Shown: piece after piece, positions 1-11,285 of the stretch
Numbering within the stretch: position 1 is the first letter of the stretch
How the letters are laid out: every line of letters begins with the position of its first letter
Assembly: GCF_025526975.1 (NCBI RefSeq)
Contig: NW_026515689.1
Span: forward strand, 372,001 to 436,000
Direction of reading: 5' to 3'
From: Fimicolochytrium jonesii
Lineage: Eukaryota
DNA length: 64,000 bases
Notes under the pieces: model-generated
The model's database searches: none
What the model was told of the DNA's origin: nothing
The model's input: the letters and a program-made list of their open reading frames with translations, nothing else
Made by a program: the position numbers and the translations under genes

Positions 1-29
1 CAATTGCAGCTAACAAAAGGACTCTGCAG

Positions 30-310
30 TCCGCCCTGTTCAACTTCCCTTCCTTGCTGTTCGTGATACTACTCATCATATGCACGTGCACGTATATACG
101 GGGACAATTCCCGTCAATACTGGATCGGAATAAGACGGGTGTGCTAGGATTATTCTGGAAGGCGGCGAGGATCGGTATGTAATTTTCATGTGGGGAGCAT
201 CGATCTATTCAGTGCCACTCTGACCGCCATATCTTGCAGGGGAACGATTGAGCCCATATGTTTCGCTGTGTTGCGTATTGATGGCCATCAGATTGATCAT
301 CTTTTCGTGA
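30..310 (+). CDS. KSH1: Protein kish (TMEM167/Ksh1), exons 2-3; start exon lies upstream of the window
   Basis: Exon 30-174 [52 protein letters not shown] intron 175-239, then [23 protein letters not shown] ending at TGA 310. Confidence 0.9.
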
Positions 311-557
311 AGGGTTGATAGTTTTGGAGTCCTTTTTGGAGTGGCACTTACAGAGTGACGCCGATCAAAAGCCGGTCGATTGTCAGCATCCACTCAAGCC
401 GGGAGGGCCCCGCCCTCCACCGCTGCCACATGTGTTGTATATACATTGATATTATGGGATGCAATAAAAAGGGAGAAGGGGCGTAAATACAACTTCCTAG
501 ACTGCGAAATGGGATGATCTCGCTTCACCACCATGCACCACTTCTATCTGCTGGCAT

Positions 558-1717
558 CTAATCCCTGCTGCTTCTAGCCCAGTCAACTTGAAGAATCAAG
601 TTGTCATATCCGAACCCGTTCAACTTCTCGATAGCCTTCTCTGCGTCCTCCTTGTGGTAGAAGCTAATGAAAGCGAGACCCTTGCAAAGATTCGTCTCAC
701 GGTCCCTCGACACGAACTGTACAGAAAAGATGGGAGTCAGTCATGCTACTTCTATCTGGCAAACCAAACCAACTCGCATGGCTTACCACTCTGGAGGTGT
801 GTCCAAATCGGTTGACAAGGTCCTTCACGTCTTGGTCCTGCGCATCTTCCGACAAGTTCGTAATGCGGACGGTCGGGAATTCGTCTCGCCTTTCTGCACC
901 CCGCATCGATTCTCCAGGGCCACGATTCCGCAAGCTTGGTGGGACATACTTGCCCCCGGCCTTGTCATCCCCGGCCACGTCCGCCACTAAAGTTGGTCTG
1001 GTTAGTCCGGGAGATTTCCGAACTCCAGCTTGAATACAATACTCAAATCGTACCAGAATCGGTCGATTCCACAGGCGCAAGGTCTCCCAAAGGCTGATGT
1101 GTGTCCTTGAATGGACACTTGCTGGTCCAGTGATCACCCTGGCAAATACGACAAGTGATCTTAGACTTTCCGGCGTTTGCCAAAATCTTCTTCAGCGCGT
1201 CGGCCTCGTCTTCCACGGGTGCGGCATCGTGATCCTTGATGGTCGAAGACAGCTTCAGGAACACCTTCTCAGCGTGACTTGTGCTGTTCGCGTCAGGACC
1301 TGCTGGCACTCCCGCAACTTCGCCAAACTTCTTCCAGTTTTTCTGATACAGCGAAAAAGGACCATCAGAACTCGAGCCGGAACGCCCTTCTCCTCGCGCC
1401 GTCCGTACCTTTCGCTCAGCAACAGCGTGGTTCACTTGAGACTTGATCAGGCGCAATTTCGTCTTTCGGGTGATCTTAACCTTCTTCCCATCCTCGTTGA
1501 TTTTGTATTCGATTGTGACTCGTGTTCCATCGGCCTCTTCTCGGGTCTCCGGAGCGGGCAAGGCATCGGCGTCAACTTCGTTATCTTCGTCGACGTCGGC
1601 CCAGTTGAGCTTAGCTGCTGGTTCACTAAACGAGGAAAACCCGTTCCAATTCAGAATGACTGCTCTCCGCAACTGGCAACCAGCACTCGGCTGGGGTACT
1701 TACGGTACGGGAGACAT
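558..1717 (-). CDS. TIF35: Translation initiation factor eIF3 subunit G (multi-exon)
   Basis: NWADVDED, KKVKITRK, WKKFG, zinc knuckle CRICQGDHWTSKCPF, YVPPSLR and C-terminal RRM (TVRITNLSED...GFGYDNLILQVDWA). ATG at 1717 is followed by a GTAAGT intron. Confidence 0.93.
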
Positions 1718-2301
1718 TGTGACGGTCGGATGCAGGTGATCTTCCAGCGTCTGGTTCTGAATTTCAAACGCTTTCGGTTTCGCCGACCGTTGGACGTTGC
1801 GCAAAGCCTTCCGCCGAGTTTTTTGCTCTTGTATCACGTGCCAAAATCATAACGCGCATTTAATTGTTTTGACTCGATGCGGTCAAAGCGTCAGTCGTTT
1901 CGTTTTCCCATGGCTCATGCGCAAAAAGCTTCGGCATTATCCCTATTGGGAGCCGCCGGAGGCGGGAGACCCTATGGCAGCAAAGTATGTCAGGTTGGCA
2001 AGCGCTACACTGCGCTATACACTGACCCTCCCCTATGCCCTCCACTGACCCTCCCTACACAGTCCAACCACAGTGATTCGCAAAAAGCTAAGCTACGTGA
2101 ATGTGGGAATCAATATGCGCTTCTCGGGAGATTGATGAAATGCACGCATTTTTTCACCCATAGTCTAATCATCGGATCTCACCAGAGATGGTGGGCGGCG
2201 TGAAGTAATGGGAGTCTTCTTCAGAAAGCGGTTCCATCATGGTTGTGGCTTCATCACCGTGCCGCTAGACCATGCAACATATTGGATGCTGATGCCTTGA
2301 A

Positions 2302-2831
2302 TGTTATTGACGACGCGTCCATACCATGCGCTTACCTCATGACAGCATCCCAACAGTCAGTCAATGTCAATTCCCTGTCAAAACCTGACATCTGCCAAAC
2401 CTCGCAGCCGCACGCAGCCGCGCTACCCCACACCTGCTACTGCCTTCATTTCTCCACGCAGCCGCACGTAGCCACACCTCCCAACACTCGGTGCTTACAA
2501 ACCCTTCTCCATACTTCCCCACGTACCCGCCCACAGCCTCAGCGTAGCCACCCCATCCCCAGTCTTCTGTTTCTATGCTTCCCCACCCTTGGCGCTTCTC
2601 TTGGCTTCCCTCTCATTCCGTACCCTTCTGCTTCCCCACGCTTCCCCAGCCTTCCCAGAAAAACATAAATAGCCGCCTCCCCTGAGCTCCCCACTTCCTG
2701 ATCCCCCAGCAGATCAACACCAGTTCTTCCTAGTCTTGTTCTAGTTCTTGTTTCGGTCTGAATACCATTACCTGTCAACAACCTGCACCACAAGTCGCCT
2801 CTATTTCCATCGGCTCCGCCCATTCATAACA
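2302..2831 (+). mobile_element. Solo LTR (530 bp)
   Basis: Termini TGTTAT...ATAACA form a perfect 6-bp inverted repeat. Flanking 5-mers TTGAA (2297-2301) and TCGAA (2832-2836) fit a TSD with one CpG transition. TATA-like CATAAATAG near 2664. Confidence 0.7.
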
Positions 2832-3710
2832 TCGAATGCAGGCTGTAAGAGTTGTCACCTTTGTTCTCCACATCATTCTCACCGGCGCTTTGGTTCTCCA
2901 TGCCGCTGTCATAAGTCTCTGCCTCAGCTCTGCGCTTGCCTCAGTTCAGCTCAGCGATGCACCCCCCGGCGAACAGCAGAAGTGGTGCACCGGCCACTGA
3001 TTGTGCAATCCTCCTATCCACACTCCCGCCGGGTCCCTGGTCTCCTCCTCCCCCACCTCCTCCTCCCCCGTTCAAAGCAGCTGCACCGACGTAGGCATCT
3101 CCAGCTCGGTTGCACTCCAACTCGGTTGCATGGTTTTCTGGCCATGGTGAAAACCACAAGGCCACCACAGTAGCCAACCACAAGGGCACCCCAATGCACG
3201 CTGCCTCAAGCAACCGTGGTGGGTACAGATCTAAGCGTGTCCCTTTGCGTGCCTGCTAGAGATGATGTCTGTTGTAGACCACTCTAGCAGAACAAGCTGA
3301 TTCCAACACCATGATTGTGTCAAGGTCAGTTGCTCGCTCCAGCACAGCCAAGATCAGTACAGTCTTGCAGGGTTGTTTGATTGCTGGGATAGCTGTGTGT
3401 CAAAAGAAACCACATCAATTCTGTGGCAATGAAGCTGACAACGGTGAGGGATTGTGGTTATTACCTGCTGGTGATTTGGTGGTGACGATGCTCGCAAATT
3501 GTGTTGGGAAGGAAGCGTCAAGCCGGGGCCTGCCTTGTCGGTGAAATGGTAGAAGAGTCACAGATGCGGCGCGCCGTCGCGGCGAGCCGCTGGTCATATG
3601 AGCCCTGCCTTTTCCCCCGGTCGGCACACCGGACCACTGCCGGATTCGCCCTAAGACTCTGTCTGCTTTGCAGCCATAGAATAGAGGACTCGGTTGTGCG
3701 GCAAAAAAAA

Positions 3711-4839
3711 ATGGCAGATATTGACTGGGATACTTGGCTGGCCAGCAAGCTGGAGAGTGAACTGAAGATTACCGACGAGGTAGGCTGTCGTGACTGACAA
3801 TGCTTCCCACCTCGGCCAATGTGCTAACAATAACAACGTGGTCGCATATTCCGCTGTCTAGACGTTTGCTGAATATATAACCCAACTCTGCACTGAGGTT
3901 TGTAGCTTTCGCCGCTTTTGCCTTTTGCGGCGCCACGTGCCCCACACCTTTCCTTCTGGGCGAACTAGTGCAACTTCTCACTGGTGGCATGTAACGGGGT
4001 AGAACAGGATACGATAGAGGAAGAGGAAAAACGCGAAGTGATAGTGGAGTTCCTCGGTGAGGCAACGTCCGACGAAGCGAACGTGGAGCCAGTCGTCGAC
4101 GAGCTGTTGAAGCGAAATGCGGAGTTTCGGGAAAAGGCGGCCAAGCGAGAAGAGGAGGAAAGACTGAAGGCATTAGAAGCCGCGAAGCGTACGTTGCCAC
4201 CTGCAGAAACCGGATGGATCCTATGGCTGCGTTTCCTATAATTCCTTTGTAGAGAAGGAACTGGAGGCATTGCAATCGAATCGTTCATCCAAAGACCCCC
4301 AGCACGACGATCAATCAAAGACGAAAAAGGCCATGTCAAGTTCCGAAAGACTGGCCCGAGAACGGTTACTAGCGCAGGTAAATAGAACATTGAAGTAGCT
4401 AGATGAGTGCTGACAAGCTGAATAGTTTCGATGGCAGTACGCATATGAGACGGACGATATTGTCGAAACAGCTGATGGGGCGGCGGAGTCCGTGTCTACA
4501 CGGAAAAAGGGCGGTGAGAGAGACTGTGAGTATGCGAGGCCACTAACCAGGACCATCTCATTGCGCCAGTGGTGGGCTGATCTCCATTTCCGGTAGTGTT
4601 AGCTAAAAACGATAATGCGGAACGGATACGGCAGGAAGAACAGGCGAAGAGGTGCGTCTTAGGGTACCGCGCCTTACCTTCCCAGGTCAACTTACCTTGC
4701 ACTTCGGTCTTACAGAGCCAAAGCGCAGGCCGATCATCAGAAGAAAGTGCAGCGAGACAAAGAGTTGCTGGAAAAACAGAGGCTCGACAAGGAGAACCAG
4801 AAGAAGAAGACCGTGAAGAGCGAAAAGCGTAGAATGTAA
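3711..4839 (+). CDS. CCDC43-like coiled-coil protein (multi-exon)
   Basis: MADIDWDTWLASKLE..., EEEEKREVIVEFLGEAT, KNDNAERIRQEEQAKR, C-terminal KKKTVKSEKRRM* (TAA 4837-4839); several short GT-AG introns. Confidence 0.7.
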
Positions 4840-6033
4840 AGTAGATGGAGAATCTGGGCTTTTTGTGGAGCCGGACCTCTATGGTTGAGGTCGATCAGAT
4901 CGGGGACCCCGGAAGCAAAGATATTCACATAGCGAAAGACTGACTAGCGCTGCCGCTGTACCCTGCGTAGGAAGAACTATAGGAAGAGTACTGGGAAGCC
5001 TGGCTGTCGGCTTGTCGGTGGATGCTGGCATTGTGTTCATGCTGTCGTGTGTGCAGCGAATATGGGGATGGATATATATCTGCAGGAGACACCAGGTATG
5101 CATCCCCATATGCATCTTCTACCTCCTTGCCCAACTTTGCGGAATGCTTCACAGAATCCCCATCCGGACATGGTGCGCAAGGGTGCACATCCAGTAGGCC
5201 AGCCAGATATCCGGGTACGACGGGTTCGCCAAGCCTCCGTGTGCAACCCAAAAGTCACCGGCCAGGGCTGCTTTGACTTGCTGCCGTCACCGTCACTTTG
5301 AAACCAACCAAGATCTCGCAATTGCAATCCACTTCACAAAGATCATCCGAATCAAATTGCTCAGTCCACTCAAACAACGTTGGGGATACCTCCTACAGCA
5401 CTCCCAACGAGTCCTGAAGCCCACATCTATATCCCCTGCCTACCACATTCTGGTGGAGAATGGAGACGTAGACCACTGGGGAAGTACAGCAATCCATAGA
5501 TAACCGCAACCGTCGCAGTCCAACGAACCAATCGTTTCCTCCGGGCGCCTGACTTCGAGTTTGGCCATTTCCACGACATTCCTACGCCGTACCGCGCGCT
5601 CTTATCGATTTTCATAAGTATCCACGGCGACGAACGGACATCGATCCATCCATCCCTTCCCAACAACAATCCATCCATCCGGCAACGAATTCCAGAGCAT
5701 CCTCGTCTCGGCAACCTCGTTTCGGCAACCTCGTATCCGACAACGGCGTCCGTAGCGCAATCGTTTCGGCTATCCTCCCAGCCCGCATATTCTTCAATCG
5801 CCATCCTTCGGCTGGAGATACTCTAAGAAGGGGAACGCACTCTCGCGCGCGCCTTGGAGCCCTATGCTACACTGTGATACGTCACTTTTCTTCTACCGCA
5901 CTATACTTCGTAGGCCCGCCGTTGCGAAGGGCAGCAATTGCGAAGGGCAGAGAGCATTCTGAGCCCCGCATCCTGCCAGGGAGCATTCTGAGCACGTCGA
6001 AAGCACAACCTCGAAGCAAACAGCAGTAGGGTA

Positions 6034-7115
6034 GTGAAGTCAGCGGCAGCAACATCTTGTCCCAGTTTGGAAATGGCGTTGGAAGATGAAGCGGACCTTG
6101 CCGCGGAGATCGCAGCCCAGGAGGCAGCGCGCGCAGCGCAGGCAAAGAGAATGAAGGAGCTGAGAGCCCAGGCCGCAAAACCCAAGCGAGCCGCTGCCAC
6201 GTCGTCGTCGTCTACGCCAACAGCCGAGTCCACTCACCGCCGGCAGCCTGCGACCGCAGCCCGCGAGCATTCCGAGCTCGCTACAAAGAGGAGAAAGGCG
6301 GTGGAGCTGGATGAGGAGGTGGAGAGTCGTCGTGGGAGCAGGAGGGGCAGTCGAGCGCAATCACCGGTGGAGGCGGGCATATCGTTGTCGGACGATGAAG
6401 GGGTGGTGGAGGTGGTGGAACGCGCGAAGCCGGAGGGGAAGCACCCTGTTGCCGGGGTGGACGACGCGGAAGACGAGGACTATAAGCCTCCTGCTGGAAG
6501 GAAGAGGAGGTGCGAAGGCCGCGTTCTACCCCGCGTTCGGTCGCCAGGAAATGTCCGCCTTTACGACGTCGGCTCCCTCGCTCACAACGACAGCACTCCC
6601 GACGCCAGAAGAGTTCTTCAACTCTACCAGCACCGAGAAAGGCACGAAAGAAGAACTAAGTACAGTCAAGTACAATAATGCAGGTTACCCACGTCGTCGA
6701 CGGTCGGCCCCCGGAGCAAACAGCCACGGGCGAGATGCCGACATTGCCTCCGACATTTTGACAACCCCAGCACTCGACAACCACACCAGCACACAATGGG
6801 GAGAGTACTGATTTCCCAGAAGAGATCAGCCATACTTGCCTGGGGTTGTCAAAATGTCGAAGAATGTCGGCCTCTTGGCAATCTTGGCGACGGCGTTGGC
6901 TGTTTGCTCTGGGGGCCGACCGTCGCCTCACGTGGGTGACCTGCTTTATTGTACTTGACTGTATATATATTGCAGAGTTTCTTCGCGCAAACAACAAGGT
7001 ATCCTTGCATTCTCTTGCGCGCGTTTTTCCGATCGTCCCTTCTCATGTATTTTTTGTAGGAGACTTGGATCGACAAATCCCAAAATCTTTTCATAATATC
7101 TGGTTATTGTGACTA
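6034..7115 (+). pseudogene. Disrupted low-complexity hypothetical gene interrupted by a MITE
   Basis: Charged A/E/R-rich ORF 6034-6678 with an apparent frame change near 6510. Removing the MITE and one TA restores EELSIYIAEFLRANNK, followed by a GT-AG intron-like segment. Confidence 0.4.
6663..6961. mobile_element. Tc1/mariner-type MITE (299 bp) with long imperfect TIRs and TA TSD
   Basis: TA|CAGTCAAGTACAATAA...TTATTGTACTTGACTG|TA; the arms stay complementary for about 110 bp (…GACATTTTGACAACCCCAG / CTGGGGTTGTCAAAATGTC…). Confidence 0.9.
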
Positions 7116-7195
7116 ACTCAAATTCACCCTAGTGACCAACGTCCTATTCGAACCTTAGGTTTGATTTCTATAGTTAAGTTATGATGTGGTGATAA

Positions 7196-8038
7196 TTGAC
7201 TGCGTACCTAGACGTGCGAAAAGCTGGATCCGACGTCACGAGTGGCTCTACCCGTCCTGACGGCAACCAGTGTTCCATCGATCCGGGGAGCAGAGTGCCA
7301 TGGACGTGTTTCGACGCGCATCGCCGCAGGTTTTACGACATCTACCCAGATTTGGTGGACAAACTCTCCAACCTTCACAACGAAATCACCCTGCCAAGCC
7401 GCAAGGATTCGGGAGCGACCATGCCGGGAGGTCGTCCGGCTCACCGGAGGCGCAAGAGGCAGAGAAAACGAGCGAAGGGGAAGAAACGGAAGAAGAAACG
7501 GCACTGGCGAAAGAACCGCGAACGTCACATATCCAGGCTATACGACCGGATGAAGACCATTGTGAGCGCACGGGGCCAAGCGCACGGGGCGTTTGCCAAC
7601 CATCCCGTCCGATGTTATGACATGGTCGTCCTCCCCGAATTCATGACGGCAGGGATGGTCCGGAAGCCACGAAAGCAGCTCAAACTCCCGCCCTTGCGAG
7701 AACGAGAGGCGTTGAACGCACCCCCCAAGGAGGGCAGGTTCACGCTCCACAAGACCACTCGCAAGGCGATGCGATGGATATCGCACCACGCCTTTCGCCA
7801 GAGGATGTTCGCCAAGGCCTTGGCCGATCCTCGCGAGACGAAGGATGTCCTGTGCACGACGGAGGAGTACACCACCAAACAATGTCCTTTCTGCGACCTT
7901 GTTCACCACAAAATTGGATCGAACAAGGTGTTCAAGTGCGGGAACGAAGCGTGCGGCTTCGAGGGTAGGAGGGACAACGTTGGGTGTTTCAATGTCGGAC
8001 TTCGAGCGATCGTCAAAAACGAAATAGTGATGGTATGA
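7196..8038 (+). CDS. Fanzor2/TnpB-like RNA-guided endonuclease, RuvC plus zinc-finger half (5'-truncated, no ATG)
   Basis: RuvC-I SIDPGSR (D at 7280), YDMVVLPEF, LHKTTRKAMRWISHHAFRQRM, displaced RuvC-II EEYTTK (7862-), zinc finger CPFC...CGNEAC, RuvC-III RRDNVGCFNV (D at 7973). Confidence 0.88.
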   Translation: MTAYLDVRKAGSDVTSGSTRPDGNQCSIDPGSRVPWTCFDAHRRRFYDIYPDLVDKLSNLHNEITLPSRKDSGATMPGGRPAHRRRKRQRKRAKGKKRKKKRHWRKNRERHISRLYDRMKTIVSARGQAHGAFANHPVRCYDMVVLPEFMTAGMVRKPRKQLKLPPLREREALNAPPKEGRFTLHKTTRKAMRWISHHAFRQRMFAKALADPRETKDVLCTTEEYTTKQCPFCDLVHHKIGSNKVFKCGNEACGFEGRRDNVGCFNVGLRAIVKNEIVMV

Positions 8039-8184
8039 GACTCTCTGAGAGTATGCCCTTACCTTCAAGGGCGAGGAGGACCTAGTCTAGAAATAGTTCG
8101 CTATGTATAGCTATGGACACTCCTCAGTTAGAAGGTGAAAGGACACCTACGTCGCCTCAATCGCTCCCGGTTTCGGACAGCCGG
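8039..8184 (+). ncRNA. Candidate Fanzor omega-RNA scaffold / element right end
   Basis: Directly 3' of the Fanzor stop. Stems GCCCTT/AAGGGC (8055-8072), GAGGAG/CTCCTC (8073-8125) and CCGGTT/AGCCGG (8167-8184); loop ACCTTC (8061-8066) is complementary to GAAGGT (8131-8136). Sequence becomes A/T-rich after ...GCCGG. Confidence 0.65.
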
Positions 8185-8417
8185 AATGAAAGTTTTACAA
8201 AATCATTCCAAGAATAGGTAAATAGCTACAGGCTGAAAAGCTCGCACACACCCAACGCCAAAAGAGGTCAGACCGTCAATTGCTTCGCTCCCGCCCTCAT
8301 GTTCTTGCTACGGTCTGCTAACCCACCCCCACGGTGTCTTCCCCTTCGGTGCTTCAGTTCGCAGAGAGATTGTTTCTTGGTTCAGATCTCCATCTGCCGC
8401 AAGTCTTCATCCTGCAA

Positions 8418-9903
8418 TCATTCCTCCAAGGCGGCATCTTCGACCTCCGGAGCATCAGCCTCAGAATCCGAGCTCCCCTGTGGTTTCCGACTGTCCACAC
8501 TTTCCTGTAGGCCCCGGACGACAGAAGGTTCAGATTCGTCTCGTGCACCGCCAGATCTCTCGTGAAGCTGTTGCTGTGGCCGCTCATGCAGGCCTTTAGG
8601 TTCATGGTCATGGAGGCGGTGCTGCAGCTCGAAGATGGTTTCTTGCATTGCCTCGTTTTCCCGGTCAAGCTCCAAAGACAGCTGGTCGGATTCTATGCGG
8701 ACGTTACCGATCAGTTGTCGTTTGCGATGCGCGCTGACGGACAGACCCTTGCCTCTCAATCTTCTCTCCAACTTCTCAACAACGGCCTTCTCCATGGCGA
8801 GCGCTGTCTGCAGTTGCTCGACTCTTCCTTGGTACAGCTGCTTGCCTAGCTCTTCGTTCTCGGTCTGAAGAGCTTTGAGCTTCGATACGAGCTTTTTGCC
8901 GGTGATGCTGTGAGCCATATATGCGAGAGCGGAAGCTGCCGATAAGCATCCAGTTTCACATCACTATCGTGCGAACGGAGACTTCGCCTCGTTACCTATA
9001 CGGCGTGAAGCTCACGCCCAATATCTCTCGCTGCAGATGTTCGATCTTTTTGTTTTTCTCCTCAACTTCTTTCTTCATTGCACCGTACAGTAGAGCCCAT
9101 GTTGGATCCAGCAGCTTCGTGGGCGAACTTTCCAGGTCGCGATCTGATTGCTGACGTCTGAGGGCTTGCAATTCGGCCTACGGATTGAAATCATTATGGT
9201 TTATCCGAAGCGGCTCTGCACTTCACTCAGAGGGTACCGTTAAAGCGCCGATATCTTGGTCCTTCTTCGCCAACTTGAGAATCATGGAGCTCTCCGGTTG
9301 GGATCTTTTCTCCAGTTCTGACTGGAATTTTGCCAGCCGCTGCCGCAACAGCTTATTCTCTGCCTGCAGCTCATCGAGAGATGCGCCACTGCTGGGTCCG
9401 GATGCAGTTCGGAGCTTAGTAGTGGTAGTGGATGCTGTTGGGGTCACTGCTGGGGCTCCTGGCGTCTGTGGTTGATTTCTCGGGGAGGCAGCAGGTGTTG
9501 GTCCCACTCCGCTGGAGATGATAGTAGTGTTGGCAAGAGGCGGATTTGATGCAGTAAAGTCCCTGGATGAGGGTGTGGATGGCGTTTGTTCTACATAAGA
9601 GGCAAAGGAGGGCTCGAATGGTGATGCCATAAATGAATCCGAAGGTGATATACAGATCTTTAAACAGATGAGAGTGAGAGGACATCCGGCAGCGAGTTCT
9701 CCATCTGATTTTTCTACCTTCTTGTTGCCGTTCTGATGATGATGATGATCGGAAGTTCCAATCTTTTGCGAGGTAGGGACAACACCAGCATAGCTGCCGG
9801 AATTTAGGGATATGCTATTGCTCAGGTCGTCCGGGAACGGCCGTTTCTGAGAGGTACGCTGTTCTGCTTGGAAAAGAGATTGCGCTGTTAGGCGATCGGG
9901 CAT
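8418..9903 (-). CDS. WTAP/Mum2/Fl(2)d family m6A methyltransferase complex subunit (multi-exon)
   Basis: LLDPTWALLYGAMKKEVEEK...GVSFTPY|SITGKKLVSKLKALQTENEELGKQL...GRVEQLQTALAMEK is the WTAP signature. Confidence 0.85.
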
Positions 9904-10596
9904 TTTGCTTTACTTCGCAAATCCTCAGTTCAATGACAACACCATCTCAAAAGTTAGGTCTCGTCTTACTGACCAACTGCCTCTGCGAGGTCTGGCATCT
10001 TCTTTTGCTTCAGTAAATGGGCTTAGCACTACCCATTTATCCCTGGTAACCGAAAAAGTTGTAGGAAGTCCCCAGCAGAGTTTTCCAGAAACGATGCTTT
10101 ACCAGGAATTCTTGAAAACGGTACTGTTATGGAAACTGCGTGGTGCGTGAGTTAAATGTTACCTCCACTGGAAAACGCCAAGAGAGTAGAAAGAGGGAGA
10201 CGACCCGGTGAATAAACGCTAGGAAACAGTACCAAGGCTTGGAGTACCCTTGACGGGTCGGGTCACCCGGTGGCCGTTCCGTCCCCCCGCGCCGCACCCA
10301 CAATTTGCAGCGGAATGACTCTCCGCTTGGGGGTGACGTGTGCACAGGCCCAATTGACAGGAATTCGACACCGCGTAGTCACGTGCTCAGCGGGATCCTC
10401 CAGGAGCAGCCATTTACTTCGAAGCCACATTCCATTTTCCCACGCTTTCCTCCAGACTTGACCAGGTTCCCACGAAAAAAAAAGGTCTCGAATACCCTCC
10501 ACCATCGCTGCCCGCTCCATCCAGTTAGTTCGCGCTGAGCATCCATAGGCGAAGACTAGTCCTCTTGTCCGAGGCCACAGATAGCACCCAGCAGGC

Positions 10597-11285
10597 GATG
10601 GTCGGATTCCCACGGAAGGCGCTCAGTCTAGGAAAAGGATGGCGCGCGCGAAAGCAAGTTCGACAGTCTGAGAAGTACGACGGTTCCCCGGTACTTCCGC
10701 TGCTTCATGTCCCTCTGCTGCCGCTGCGGCCGTCGATATTCGACTCCATTTTCTACGACGAGCTTAGCAGACCGGTCACGCCGCCAATGCCGGGACCCAT
10801 CACCTTCTTGACAGTTTTATGCGCTTCGACCGATCAGAAACAGATGATTCTCACACAGGACGAGGAAGGAAGCGAAAACGACGATTTGGGATTCCCACCG
10901 CCAAAAGCAGACGCCTTACTGCCCTTGATGACCGTTAGATCGTCCGCCGACACGTTGCGGATGTATAGATCTCACGGAGCAACCAGCTTCGACGTCGCCC
11001 CCAGTCGAGTCGTGCGTTTTGGCGACCTTGGTAAGGCATCCTTTGCTTCCTCAAACGGCGTTCTCCCGTCCACTTACTCAATTAGCAGATGCCTCTATGC
11101 GGTGTACGATGATCTCCAAAGCGATGAGCAAAAATAGACGAAAGTACGAGAGGATACTAGGAATGGTGGAGGAGGAAGACGGACGCTGCGTAGACGCGGA
11201 GGAGTGCCTTAGGCGTTGGCCCTTGTCGACTGTCCAGCGGTATTCCCTCGACACGGCGTACCAGAGTAGCGATGACAGCTTCTAG
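10597..11285 (+). CDS. Hypothetical protein
   Basis: ORF 10565-11137 (first ATG near 10597) with an overlapping downstream ORF to 11285; no recognisable motif. Confidence 0.35.

Noticed and set aside
6034..6678. ORF upstream of the Fanzor as an IS607 serine recombinase or other transposase
   Set aside because: No Y.RVS serine-recombinase, DDE or HUH motif; low-complexity charged sequence.
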